Origin: Heptranchias perlo | Lineage: Eukaryota | Assembly: GCF_035084215.1 (NCBI RefSeq) | Contig: NC_090358.1 | Coordinates: 2,294,001 to 2,358,000 of the forward strand | DNA length: 64,000 nucleotides | Reading direction: 5' to 3' | Shown: positions 34,730 to 45,735 of the stretch, in pieces | How the letters are laid out: every line of letters starts with the position of its first letter | Position numbering within the stretch: position 1 is the first letter of the stretch | Position numbers and translations under genes: made by a program | Notes under the pieces: generated by a model | Seen by the model: the letters and a program-made list of their open reading frames with translations, nothing else | Database searches by the model: none | Told to the model about the DNA's origin: nothing

Positions 34730-37700
34730 ATCTGGAATTAAAATACTAGTATCAGTAATGATGGCCATGAAACTACCGGATTGTCATAAAAACCCATCTG
34801 GTTCACTAATGTCCTTTAGGGAAGGAAACCTGCCGCCCTTACCCGGTCTGGCCTATATGTGACTCCAGACCCACAGCAATGTGGTTGATTCTTAATTGCC
34901 CTCTGAAATGGCCTAGCAAGCCACTCAGTTGTAAAATCTCGCTACGAAAAGTCATAATAAGAATAAAACCGGACGGACCACCCGGCATCGGACCACTAGG
35001 CACCGGACACGACAACGGCAAAACACCAAGCCCAGTCGACCCTGCAAGGTCCTCCTTACTAACATCTGGGGACTTGTGCCAAAATTGGGAGAGCTGTCCC
35101 ACAGACTAGTCAAGCAACAGCCTGACATAGCCATACTTACAGAATCATATCTTTCAGCCAACGTCCCAGACTCTTCCATCACCATCCCTGAGTATGTCCT
35201 GTCCCACTGGCAGGACAGACCCACCAGAGGTGGCGGTACAGTGATATACAGTCAGGAGGGAGTGGCCCTGGGAGTCCTCAACATTGACTCTGGACCCCAT
35301 GAAATCTCATGGCATCAGGTCAAACATGAGCAAGGAAACCTCCTGCTGATTACCACCTACCGTCCTCCCTCAGCTGATGAATCAGTCCTCCTCCATGTTG
35401 AACACCACTTGGAGGAAGCACTGAGGGTAGCAAGGGCACAGAATGTACTCTGGATGGGGGACTTCAATGTCCATCACCAAGAGTGGCTCGGTAGCACCAC
35501 TGCTGACCGAGCTGGCCGAGTCCTGAAGGACATAGCTGCTAGACTGGGCCTGCGGCAGGTGGTGAGCGAACCAACACGAGGGAAAAACTTACTTGACCTC
35601 GTCCTCGCCAATCTACCTGTCGCAAATGCATCTGTCCATGACAATATTGGTAGGAGTGACCACCGCACAGTCCTCGTGGAGATGAAGTCCCGTCTTCGCA
35701 CTGAGGACACCATCCAACGTGTTGTGTGGCACTACCACCGTGCTAAATGGGATAGATTCAGAACAGATCTAGCAGCTCAAAACTGGGCATCCATGAGGCG
35801 CTGTGGGCCATCAGCAGCAGCAGAATTGTATTCCAGCACAATCTGTAACCTCATGGCCCGGCATATTCCTCACTCTACCATTACCAACAAGCCAGGGGAT
35901 CAACCCTGGTTCAATGAGGAGTGTAGAAGAGCATGCCAGGAGCAGCACCAGGTGTACCTAAAAATGAGGTGCCAACCTGGTGAAGCTACAACTCAGGACT
36001 ACATGCATGCTAAACAGCGGAAGCAACATGCTATAGACAGAGCTAAGCGATTCCACAACCAACGAATCAGATCAAAGCTCTGCAGTCCTGCCACATCCAG
36101 TCGTGAATGGTGGTGGACAATTAAACAACTAACGGGAGGAGGAGGCTCTGCAAACATCCCCATTCTCAATGATGGCGGAGTCCAGCACGTGAGTGCAAAA
36201 GACAAGGCTGAAGCGTTTGCAACCATCTTCAGCCAGAAGTGCCGAGTGGATGATCCATCTCAGCCTCCTCCCGATATCCCCACCATCACGGAAGCCAGTC
36301 TTCGGCCAATTCGATTCACTCCACGTGATATCAAGAAACGGCTGAGTGCACTGGATACAGCAAAGGCTATGGGCCCCGACAACATCCCAGCTGTAGTGCT
36401 GAAGACTTGTGCCCCAGAACTAGCTGCGCCTCTAGCCAAGCTGTTCCAGTACAGCTACAACACTGGCATCTACCCGACAATGTGGAAAATTGCCCAGGTA
36501 TGTCCTGTCCACAAAAAGCAGGACAAATCCAATCTGGCCAATTACCGCCCCATCAGTCTACTCTCAATCATCAGCAAAGTGATGGAAGGTGTTGTCGACA
36601 GTGCTATCAAGCGGCACTTACTCACCAATAACCTGCTCACTGATGCTCAGTTTGGGTTCCGCCAGGACCACTCAGCTCCAGACCTCATTACAGCCTTGGT
36701 CCAAACATGGACAAAAGAGCTGAATTCCAGAGGTGAGGTGAGAGTGACTGCCCTTGACATCAAGGCAGCATTTGACCGAGTATGGCACCAAGGAGCCCTA
36801 GTAAAATTGAAGTCAATGGGAATCAGGGGCAAAACTCTCCAGTGGCTGGAGTCATACCTAGCACAAAGGAAGATGGTAGTGGTTGTTGGAGGCCAATCAT
36901 CTCAGCCCCAGGGCATTGCTGCAGGAGTTCCTCAGGGCAGTGTCCTAGGCCCAACCATCTTCAGCTGCTTCATCAATGACCTTCCCTCCATCATAAGGTC
37001 AGAAATGGGGATATTCGCTGATGACTGCACAGTGTTCAGTTCCATTCGCAACCCCTCAGATAATGAAGCAGTCCGAGCCCGCATGCAGCAAGACCTGGAC
37101 AACATCCAGGCTTGGGCTCGTAAGTGGCAAGTAACATTCGCGCCAGATAAGTGCCAGGCAATGACCATCTCCAACAAGAGAGAGTCTAACCACCTCCCCA
37201 TGACATTCAACGGCATTACCATCGCCGAATCCCCCACCGTCAACATCCTGGGGGTCACCATTGACCAGAAACTTAACTGGATCAGCCATATAAATACTGT
37301 GGCTACGAGAGCAGGTCAGAGGCTGGGTATTCTGCGGCGAGTGACTCACCTCCTGACTCCCCAAAACCTTTCCACCATCTACAAGGCACAAGTCAGGAGT
37401 GTGATGGAATACTCTCCACTTGCGTGGATGAGTGCAGCTCCAACAACACTCAAGAAACTCGACACCATCCAAGATAAAGCAGCCCGCTTGATTGGCACCC
37501 CATCCACCACCCTAAACATTCACTCCCTTCACCACCGGCGCACTGTGGCTGCAGTGTGCACCATCCACAGGATGCACTGCAGCAACTCGCCAAGGCTTCT
37601 TCGACAGCACCTCCCAAACACGCGACCTCTACCACCTAGAAGGACAAGAGCAGCAGGCGCATGGGAACAACACCACCTGCACGTTCCCCTCCAAGTCACA

Positions 37701-37919
37701 CACCATCCCGACTTGGAAATATATCGCCGTTCCTTCATTGTCGCTGGGTCAAAATCCTGGAACTCCCTTCCTAACAGCACTGTGGGAGAACCGTCACCGC
37801 ACAGACTGCAGCGGTTCAAGAAGACGGCTCACTACCACCTTCTCGAGGGCAATTCGGGATGGGCAATAAATGCCGGCCTTGCCAGCGACGCCCACATCCC
37901 GTGAACGAATAAAAAAAAA
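34730..37919 (+). mobile_element. Near-full-length single-ORF LINE (CR1-Zenon-like), nested in a minus-strand CR1 fragment (34485-34696 and 37920-38610)
   Basis: ~200-bp 5' UTR, uninterrupted EN+RT ORF, A-tail; the host CR1 resumes at ...GATCA|TTACAACTCGC. Clade call from the YKAQVRSVMEY motif and absence of ORF1 (inference). Confidence 0.9.
34935..37904 (+). CDS. LINE ORF: APE endonuclease + reverse transcriptase (open for ~989 codons, no initiating ATG)
   Basis: NIWGL, LTESYL, GDFN, SDH; [34 protein letters not shown]; open from the stop at 34932-34934 to TGA at 37902-37904. Confidence 0.88.
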   Translation, partial: NLATKSHNKNKTGRTTRHRTTRHRTRQRQNTKPSRPCKVLLTNIWGLVPKLGELSHRLVKQQPDIAILTESYLSANVPDSSITIPEYVLSHWQDRPTRGGGTVIYSQEGVALGVLNIDSGPHEISWHQVKHEQGNLLLITTYRPPSADESVLLHVEHHLEEALRVARAQNVLWMGDFNVHHQEWLGSTTADRAGRVLKDIAARLGLRQVVSEPTRGKNLLDLVLANLPVANASVHDNIGRSDHRTVLVEMKSRLRTEDTIQRVVWHYHRAKWDRFRTDLAAQNWASMRRCGPSAAAELYSSTICNLMARHIPHSTITNKPGDQPWFNEECRRACQEQHQVYLKMRCQPGEATTQDYMHAKQRKQHAIDRAKRFHNQRIRSKLCSPATSSREWWWTIKQLTGGGGSANIPILNDGGVQHVSAKDKAEAFATIFSQKCRVDDPSQPPPDIPTITEASLRPIRFTPRDIKKRLSALDTAKAMGPDNIPAVVLKTCAPELAAPLAKLFQYSYNTGIYPTMWKIAQVCPVHKKQDKSNLANYRPISLLSIISKVMEGVVDSAIKRHLLTNNLLTDAQFGFRQDHSAPDLITALVQTWTKELNSRGEVRVTALDIKAAFDRVWHQGALVKLKSMGIRGKTLQWLESYLAQRKMVVVVGGQSSQPQGIAAGVPQGSVLGPTIFSCFINDLPSIIRSEMGIFADDCTVFSSIRNPSDNEAVRARMQQDLDNIQAWARKWQVTFAPDKCQAMTISNKRESNHLPMTFNGITIAESPTVNILGVTIDQKLNWISHINTVATRAGQRLGILRRVTHLLTPQNLSTIYKAQVRSVMEYSPLAWMSAAPTTLKKLDTIQDKAARLIGTPSTTLNIHSLHHRRTVAAVCTIHRMHCSNSPRLLRQHLPNTRPLPPRRTRAAGAWEQHHLHVPLQVTHHPDLEIYRRSFIVAGSKSWNSLPNSTVGEPSPHRLQRFKKTAHYHLLEGNSGWAINAGLASDAHIP

Positions 37920-38876
37920 TTACAACTCGCTGCGTAAAAAAAAATGTTTCCTCATCTCCCCTCTGATTCTTTTGCCGATCACCTTAAATCTGTGTCTTCT
38001 GGTTACTGACCCTTCTGCCACTAGAAACAATTTCTCCTTAATTACTCTATCAAAACTGTTCATGATCTTGAACACCTCTATCAAATCTCCCCTTAGCCTT
38101 CCCTGTTCTAAGGAGAACAACCGCAACTTTTCCAATTTCTCCACATAACTGAAGTCCCTCATCCCTGTCACCATTCTAGTAAATCTATTCTGCATCCTCT
38201 CTAAGGAGTTGACATCCTTCCTAAAGTGTGGTGCCCAGAATTGAACACAATACTCCAGCTGAGGCCTAACTAGTGTTTTATAAAGGTTTAGCACAATTTC
38301 CTTGCTTTTGTAATCTGTGCCTTTATTAATAAAGCCCGGGATTTCATATGTTTTTTTAACAGCCTTCTCAACTTGTCTTGCCACCTTTAAAGGTTTGTTT
38401 TTGTGCACCCCCAGATCTCTCTGTTCCTGTACGCCCTTTAAAATTGTACCATTTAGTTTATATTGCCTCTCCTCATTCCTCTTACCAAAATGTACCACTT
38501 CACACTTCTCTGCGTAAAATTTCATCTGCCATGTTTCTGCCCATTTCACTAGTCTGTCTGTGTCCTCCAGAAGTCTGTTACTATCCTCCACATTGTTTAC
38601 TAAATTTCCGAGTACCATAGCAGGTACAGCACAGATGCTCAGAAGGACAGGTGATTGCACTTTTTTGTTTTTGAAAACCTGCATCAGAAGGTTGGTTTGG
38701 GGGAATTCTCTTATAATCTGTTTGCGCTGCAGCTGTAGGGCTGGTGTGAAGCAATCTCTCTTTATGCAGCCTAAGTTCAGAGTCCAAGCCTGATCTGAGT
38801 GAATGAAACTCCCTTTAGGGGCAAGCCACGCTCCGCTTTGCTCTGCAGTCAGCTCAGGAACTAACTCTAGATTTAC

Positions 38877-39102
38877 TTTTTAAAAAATTTCAAAATCTAC
38901 TTTATTTCATAGAATTTAAAGATACACACAGTTCAATGTAAATATCACAATTCAAAACCAGTACAATTCAACCCATAAAACTACAGATCGTACACAAAGC
39001 GATCTCATTGTTACAATTCAAACACAGTATTTCTTATGACTCATGGTGTACAATACAAGATGGGGTGGCCTTACACGGTGGCCTTTCCGCATAGAGGCTT
39101 TG
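38877..39102 (-). mobile_element. Tx1/L1-clade 3' fragment
   Basis: Same 3' end as 60040-60233; perfect 17-bp TSD ACTAACTCTAGATTTAC at 38860-38876 and 39103-39119. Confidence 0.85.
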
Positions 39103-39577
39103 ACTAACTCTAGATTTACACTACCTCTAACCATAAGTTTTAAAGTGTTCCAAAAAAAATTCAAGGAAGACTGAGTTACTGACATCTCCCTTTGCGTTGC
39201 AGTTGGATGCACTTCTTATCTGAAAGTGAACTGGCACACTGTTTAAAAGCTTATCATTTTAAAGTGAAGTTTACTTCTACGACTGGTTAAATGAATGTAT
39301 AGCAAGCAGCCCATCACAATGTCAGATTTGTTCTTTGTAACATGGGGGGTGTTGCAATTTTAAAAGACATTTCAGATAACTGTTGAACTCTGGAGTGTAA
39401 CGAAAGATAACTAGAGTAAAAGTATACAGTGTTTCAAGGTTAATAAACTTGATGGGTTACTGTGGCAATGGGTATGATGAGGCTATCTGTCCTCATTGAC
39501 AGAACAGTACTAGTTGAACTATGTTCTTTGGTCAAGAATTGATCAATAAAATTACAAACGCATGTTGTAATATTGAA

Positions 39578-39783
39578 TCAAAAGCAAAATACTGTGGAAA
39601 GCTGGAAATCTGAAATAAAAATGGAAAATGCTGGAAACATTTAGCAGTCAGGGAACATCCTTGGAGAGAGAAACATATGGTTAACGCTTCAGGTCCATGA
39701 GTTCTGATGAAAGGTCATCAACCTGAAACTTTAACTCTCTTTCTCTCTCCACCGATGCTTTTTCCAGCGTTTTCTGTTTTTAC
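39578..39783. mobile_element. Penelope-like pLTR inverted pair (second family)
   Basis: Two oppositely oriented copies of the 60640-60780 terminal sequence; 13-bp TSD TTGTAATATTGAA at 39565-39577 and 39784-39796; hammerhead-like core at 39699-39737. Confidence 0.75.
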
Positions 39784-40852
39784 TTGTAATATTGAACACT
39801 ATGTGTGACCATGCTCTGTTATCAATATTTTTGTGTGAACTTTACTTCCTTGTACCTCCTGCGAAAGGAAGAATTTAGATTTATAAAGTGCCTCATCACA
39901 TTCTCCCGACACCCTAAAGTGCTTCGTAGCTAATTAATAACTTTTGAAATGAAGTTACTGTTGTGCGATCATGACAGCAAATATGCAAACACCAAAATTG
40001 GTAAACGACCAGTTTAAATGGATTTACTGGTAGCTGAGGGAGGAATGTTGGCCAGAACGCCAGGGGAATTCACTGCTGATCTTCCAATTGCCTTTTACAT
40101 CTACCTGAGCTGGCTGACGTGGTCTCGGTTTGACGCCTCATCTGAAAGACGTTGCAACACTCCCTCAGTACTGACGTATCTGACTAGATTATGTGCTTGA
40201 GTTCAGAAGCATGGCTTAAACCCAAAACCAAGCTCCAAGTTGACTGCCCTATCCACTCTTCCTCTTCCCTACATCCCACTCTAAAGCCCCGATTTTGACT
40301 CCCGGCCGGGAGTCGTGTGGTCGGCAAAACATCTGGCCCTCCTCAGCTTGAGACCTGACCTTGTCTGCACAGGCCCTGTCCATCTCCCACCCGAACCCAG
40401 GGAAGGGTAGCTGGCCGACGGGTGGGAATGGGATATCAGACGGCAGGAGGCCACCACTGGGAATCCAAAGAAAGACTTGCATTTCTACAGCGCCTTTCAC
40501 GACCTCAGGACATCCCAAAGCGCTTTACAGCCAATTAAGTACTTTTGAAGTGTGGTCACTGCTGTAATGTAGGAAACATGGCAGCCAATTTGTGCGCAGC
40601 AAGATCCCACAAACAGCAATGTTCTAATGACCAGATCATCTGTTTTTTTTGAGTGATGTTGGTTGAGGGAAAATATTGGCCAGGACACCGGGGGGATCTC
40701 CCCTGCTCTTCTTCGAAATATTGGCAGTGGGATCTTTTATGCCCACCTGAGAGGGCAGATGGGGCCTCGTTTCAACGTCTCATCCAAAAGACAGTACCTC
40801 CGACAATGCAGCACCCTCTCGGTACTGCACTGGCAGTATCAGCTGGATTTTG

Positions 40853-42423
40853 TTTTTTTTTAAATTCGTTCATGTGATGTGGATGTTGCTGGTGAGGCCA
40901 GCATTTATTGCCCATCCCTAATTGCCCTTGAGAAGGTGGTGGTGAGCCGCCGCCTTGAACCGCTGCAGTCCGTGTGATGAAGGTTCTCCCACAGTGCTGT
41001 TAGGAAGGGAGTTCCAGGATTTTGACCCAGCGACGATGAAGGAATGACGATATATTTCCAAGTCGGGATGGTGTGTGACTCGGAGGGGAACGTGCAGGTG
41101 GTGTTGTTCCCATGTGCCTGCTGCCCTTGTCCTTTTAGGTGGTAGAGGTCACGGGTTTGGGAGGTGCTGTCGACGAAGCCTTGGTGGTGAAGGGAATGAA
41201 TGTTTAGGGTGGTGGATAGGGTGCCTGTCAAGTGGGCTGCTTTGTCCTGGATGGTGTCGAGCTTCTTGAGTGTTGTTGGAGCTGCACTCATCCAGTCAAG
41301 TAGAGAGTATTCCATCACACTCCTGACTTGTGCCTTGTAAATGGTGGAAAGGCTTTGGGGAGTCAGGAGGTGAGTCACTCGCTGCAGAACACCCAGCCTC
41401 TGACCTGCTCTTGTAGCCACAGTATTTATGTGGCTTGTCCAGTTAAGTTTCTGGTCAATGGTGACCCCTAGAATGCTGATTGTGGGGGATTCGGTGATGG
41501 TAATGCCGTTGAATGTCAAGGGTAGGTGGTTAGACTCTTGTTGGAGATGGTCATTGCCTGGCACTTGCCACTTATCAGCCCAAGTCTGGATGGTGTCCAG
41601 GTCTTGCTGCACGTGGGCACGGACTGCTTCATTATCTGGGGGGTTGTGAATGGAACTGAACACTGTGCAATCATCAGCGAACGTCCCCGTTTCTGACCTT
41701 ATGATGGAGGGAAGGTCATTGATGAAGAAGCTGAAGATGGTTAGGCCTAGGACACTGCCCTGAGGAACTCCTGCAGCAATGTCTTGGGGCTGAGATGATT
41801 GGCCTCCAACAACCAGTACCATCTTCCTTTGTGCTAGGTATGACTCCAGTCACTGGAGAGTTTTCCCCCTGATTCCCATTGACTTCAGTTTTACTAGGGC
41901 TCCTTGGTGCCACACTCGGTCAAATGCTGCCTTGATGTCAAGGGCAGTCACTCTCACCTCACCTCTGGAATTCAGCTCTTTTGTTCATGTTTGGACCAAG
42001 GCTGTAATGAGGTCTGGAGCCGGGTGGTCCTGGCGGAACCCAAACTGAGCATCAGTGAGCAGGTTATTGGTGAGTAAGTGCCGCTTGATAGCACTGTCGA
42101 CAACACCTTCCATCACTTTGCTGATGATTGAGAGTAGGCTGATGGGGCGGTAATTGGCCGGATTGAATTTGTCCTGCTTTTTGTGGACAGGACAAACCTG
42201 GGCAATTTTCCACATTGTCGGGTAGATGCCAGTTCGGCTAGAGGCGCGGCTAGTTCTGGAGCACAAGTCTTTTAGCACTACAGCCGGGATGTTGTCGGGG
42301 CCCATAGCCTCTGCTGTATCCGGTGCACTCAGCTGTTTCTTGATATCACGTGGAGTGAATCGAATTGGCTGAAGACTGGCTTCTGTGATGGTGGGGAAAT
42401 CGGGAGGAGGCCGAGATGGATCA
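40853..42423 (-). mobile_element. 5'-truncated CR1-Zenon-like LINE inserted in a SacSINE1-like copy (40470-40852 and 42425-42501)
   Basis: High similarity to 36250-37919, with small deletions and frameshifts. Confidence 0.92.
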
Positions 42424-45384
42424 TGTCCCACTCTAGAGACTTGAGCACATGAACCCACGATCTGTGATTCAGGCGAGCATGCTACCCACTGAGCCACGGC
42501 TAAAGGAACAATCGCCGACATTCAGGGTGGGAGTCGGAAAGGACTTGCAGTCGGGGGAGGGGTAGGGAGGCCGGGGGTAGGGGACGCCCTCAATCACTGG
42601 AAACTGCTAGTTTCTATCCTATCCTGCTCCTTGGCTTCATAATTTAGACAGCTCTATCAAATCGCCCCATCGACAGGAGAACATGGTGGGCATCCCATGT
42701 GATCTCTGGTGCACTATACTGTATTAAATGGGTCATTGTTAGTCCCACTATGTGCACACTGGACGGCTAAGGTTCATGGGAGTCTCGGTCTGCTTATATA
42801 CGCTGGATTTTTGATGTGAACATGATAAGTTTCAGAGGGAAAGCCTGAATCGTATCTGTCTTCAGCTCGTGATCTACCGTTCATCTGAGGCTATGAAATT
42901 CAGCCGTGTGCCTTGAGTGTTTTGTTATGTTACATTTCCTGTTTGAAAGTCCTGAGCTTGTTTATCTGCCCCAGTTTCTGATCTGTTTTGCCTGAAAGTC
43001 TTTATGATTCTATCCTCTTTAATCATTATTGTTTAATCGTCTTTGAATTTGTAAAGCTGTCCCTGCTTTCATCTTAAAACTGGTAATCACCCTTTGTGTT
43101 GTTTTAATTTAATTAAACTTTAATTCTTCCTGATATTTTACGTTCCTTCTGTCACTGTCTATTGCCAGCATGCCCTCATTTTGAGGATGATATCGTTCTC
43201 ATCAATTGCCTCCAGTTTTTATGTTATATATAATTATTTCCTGTGATATTTATAGATAAATATGAAAATATTAAAACCTCTTGTCCCATAATTTGTCTGC
43301 TCGCTGCAACAATTTGACTCTAAAACTAGTTGAACTCTTGTAGTGTTGCTCATGGATAAACTGGGGAGGATTGGTGCATGTCTTGTTGGGGTTGAAGCCT
43401 TTGCCTCGATGTGCCTGCACACTTGACCCATGTAGTGTAGTTGGCTGTGTACTCTGGTCCTGCCCTCCTCTCAGTGACTATAGTGTCTGCTGGGAAGGAG
43501 AAAATAAAATGCACCCCCTTTCTCATCATCCTCCTCAACCCCCCCCCCCCGCCCAAACATGGTGTCTCTGCCTCTCTATCCTCTCTGTTTGTCTGTTTGT
43601 TTGTACTATTTTTGTTTACTTTGTTCTCCCTCCCCACCCCAATAGGATGTGAAGCAGGAGAGATGCTGAGGCAAGCATTAGGAGGGGTCCAGAATTCAGG
43701 GCTGGAGAGTGGGGGGCGTGGGGCTCACACCAGGAAGGAGAACTGATTGATTGGGTTTTTAATTGGTAGAGCAAGAGGAAGCTGGGAAGTGATTTGGGAG
43801 GGATGGGGGAAATCAAGGGGCTTGAGAAACGTTCTCTTTATGGATCTGTTGCGCTGGAGGCTGGGCTATGCCGTACTCCATGGGAAAAGCGCAGTTGTTA
43901 GTGGAGAGTGCTAGGTCCCAGAAGGTTGAGCTGGGTTGTGAGTTATCTGGGAGGGTGTTCCTTAGGGGAAAGCGTTCACGAGGCCTGGAGCTGGGCCATG
44001 TGTGGGAACACCTCGAGCCTGGTCCGCCATTCAGTTAGATCATGGCTGATCTGTATCTTAATTCCATCTACCCGCCTTGGTTCTGAAACCCTTTATACCC
44101 TTACCTGGGGTGGGTAACTTTCTTTTTCTGAATTTTTTTTGTTGCTCTCCTGCATATTAATGTTAATTTTTGGAGGTTTGTATTGGGGTAAGTGGGGAAC
44201 TGACATGCCGACTGTTTCTTGGTGGAATGTGATTGGTGGGCAGGGCGGGGGGAATTGAAATTGGGGAGTCAGGTTTTGTGTAATATGATTGGCTATTTTC
44301 TACTGTTCTCCAATCAGAAGGATTCCCTTTCTAAACTCCTCTGCCTCTCCACCTCTCACTCTTTTTTAAGACCTGCCTTCAAATCCATATCTTTGACAAA
44401 GCTTTTGGTCACCCCTCCTAATATCTCCTATTATTTTAGTCCAATATTTTGTTTTTGATTACGCTTCTGTGAAGCGCCTTAGAACATTTTTCTAGGTTAA
44501 AGGTGCTATATAAATGCAAGTTGTTGTTGAGTCTGGCGGCAGCTCACAAAACTCACGAAAAGATGGATACTGTTGCTTTCGGAACAAGGTAGTTTGGTTA
44601 GTTTCTATTTCTGAGTGCAGCTGACTGCTCGTTTCCCACCAGTTACACTCTTGTTATGTAACGGCACCATGCAACTCGTGATTTGTTGTTAACTGTATCC
44701 ATATGATTTATATCAATTAATGTTAATTGTATTCAGCTTTCAAAGAGCTGGCACAGGCACGATGGGCCGAATAGCCTCCTTCTGTGTTGTATCACTCTGA
44801 GTCTGTATCATAGAAAAAAATAGGAGCAGGAGTAGGCCATTTGGCCCTTCGAGCCTGCTCTGCCATTCAATATGATCACGGCTGATCCTCTATCTCGATA
44901 CTATATTCCTGCTCTCTCCTCATACCCCTTGGGAACTCTCTTGTATCCATTTATAAGAGAGCTGATCTAGGGTGTGGGGTGGGTGTAATGCGGAGCTCTG
45001 TGAATAAAGGCTTTGAAGCAACTGAAAACTAGGCTCTAGTATTCTATCCTTCACCACCTGGCTATCCAATTTATAACACTGTAACCCAGAATCTTTTTTC
45101 CAGTCCTCAATCCAAGGGCAGGACACTCGAAGTAAAACTGAGATCACCTTGCATGACTTTGGAAACAATAACTGAAGCAATGAAATTGTAGCCCTATTAA
45201 CTGCTGCTGGTAATTCACTGATACAGTTACAGACAAGCTGCTGGTAACTCACTGATACAGTTACAGACAATGTCAATGAATCGACTGCTACGCCTTTGAC
45301 CTCGTTAAGCAGCTCTGGGATAGTGTTAGTTTTCCTTTTGCAGCCTTCACCTATTGGAGGAAAAAGCTTGAGTTTTTTTTAAAA

Positions 45385-45735
45385 ATTGAATGGTTTTGAT
45401 GGTTTCTCCTTATTTATTCTATTTCCAGTAGCAGGAGGGTCGGTAACCAGAGGACACATGTTTAAGGTAATTGGCAAAAGATCCAGAGGCTACTTGAGGA
45501 GAATTTTTTTGAAGCAGCGAGTTGTTATGATCTGGAATACGCTTCCTGAAAGGGAGGTGGAAGCAGATTCAGTTGCAACTTTCAAAAGGGAATAAATACT
45601 TGAAGGGGAGAAAATTACAAGACCATGGGGAAAGAGTGGGGGTTGGGACTAATTGGATAGCTCTTTTAAAGAGCTGGCACAGGCACGATGGGCCGAACGA
45701 CCTTCTTCTGTGCTGCAAGATTCTATGATTCTATG
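45385..45735 (+). mobile_element. CR1 3' fragment
   Basis: TRGHMFKVIGKR...RVVMIWNTLP; TTCTATGA tail. Confidence 0.8.

Noticed and set aside
45204-45270. ~33-bp tandem duplication CTGCTGGTAA(T/C)TCACTGATACAGTTACAGACAA
   Set aside because: Two copies only; an ordinary slippage duplication with no further structure
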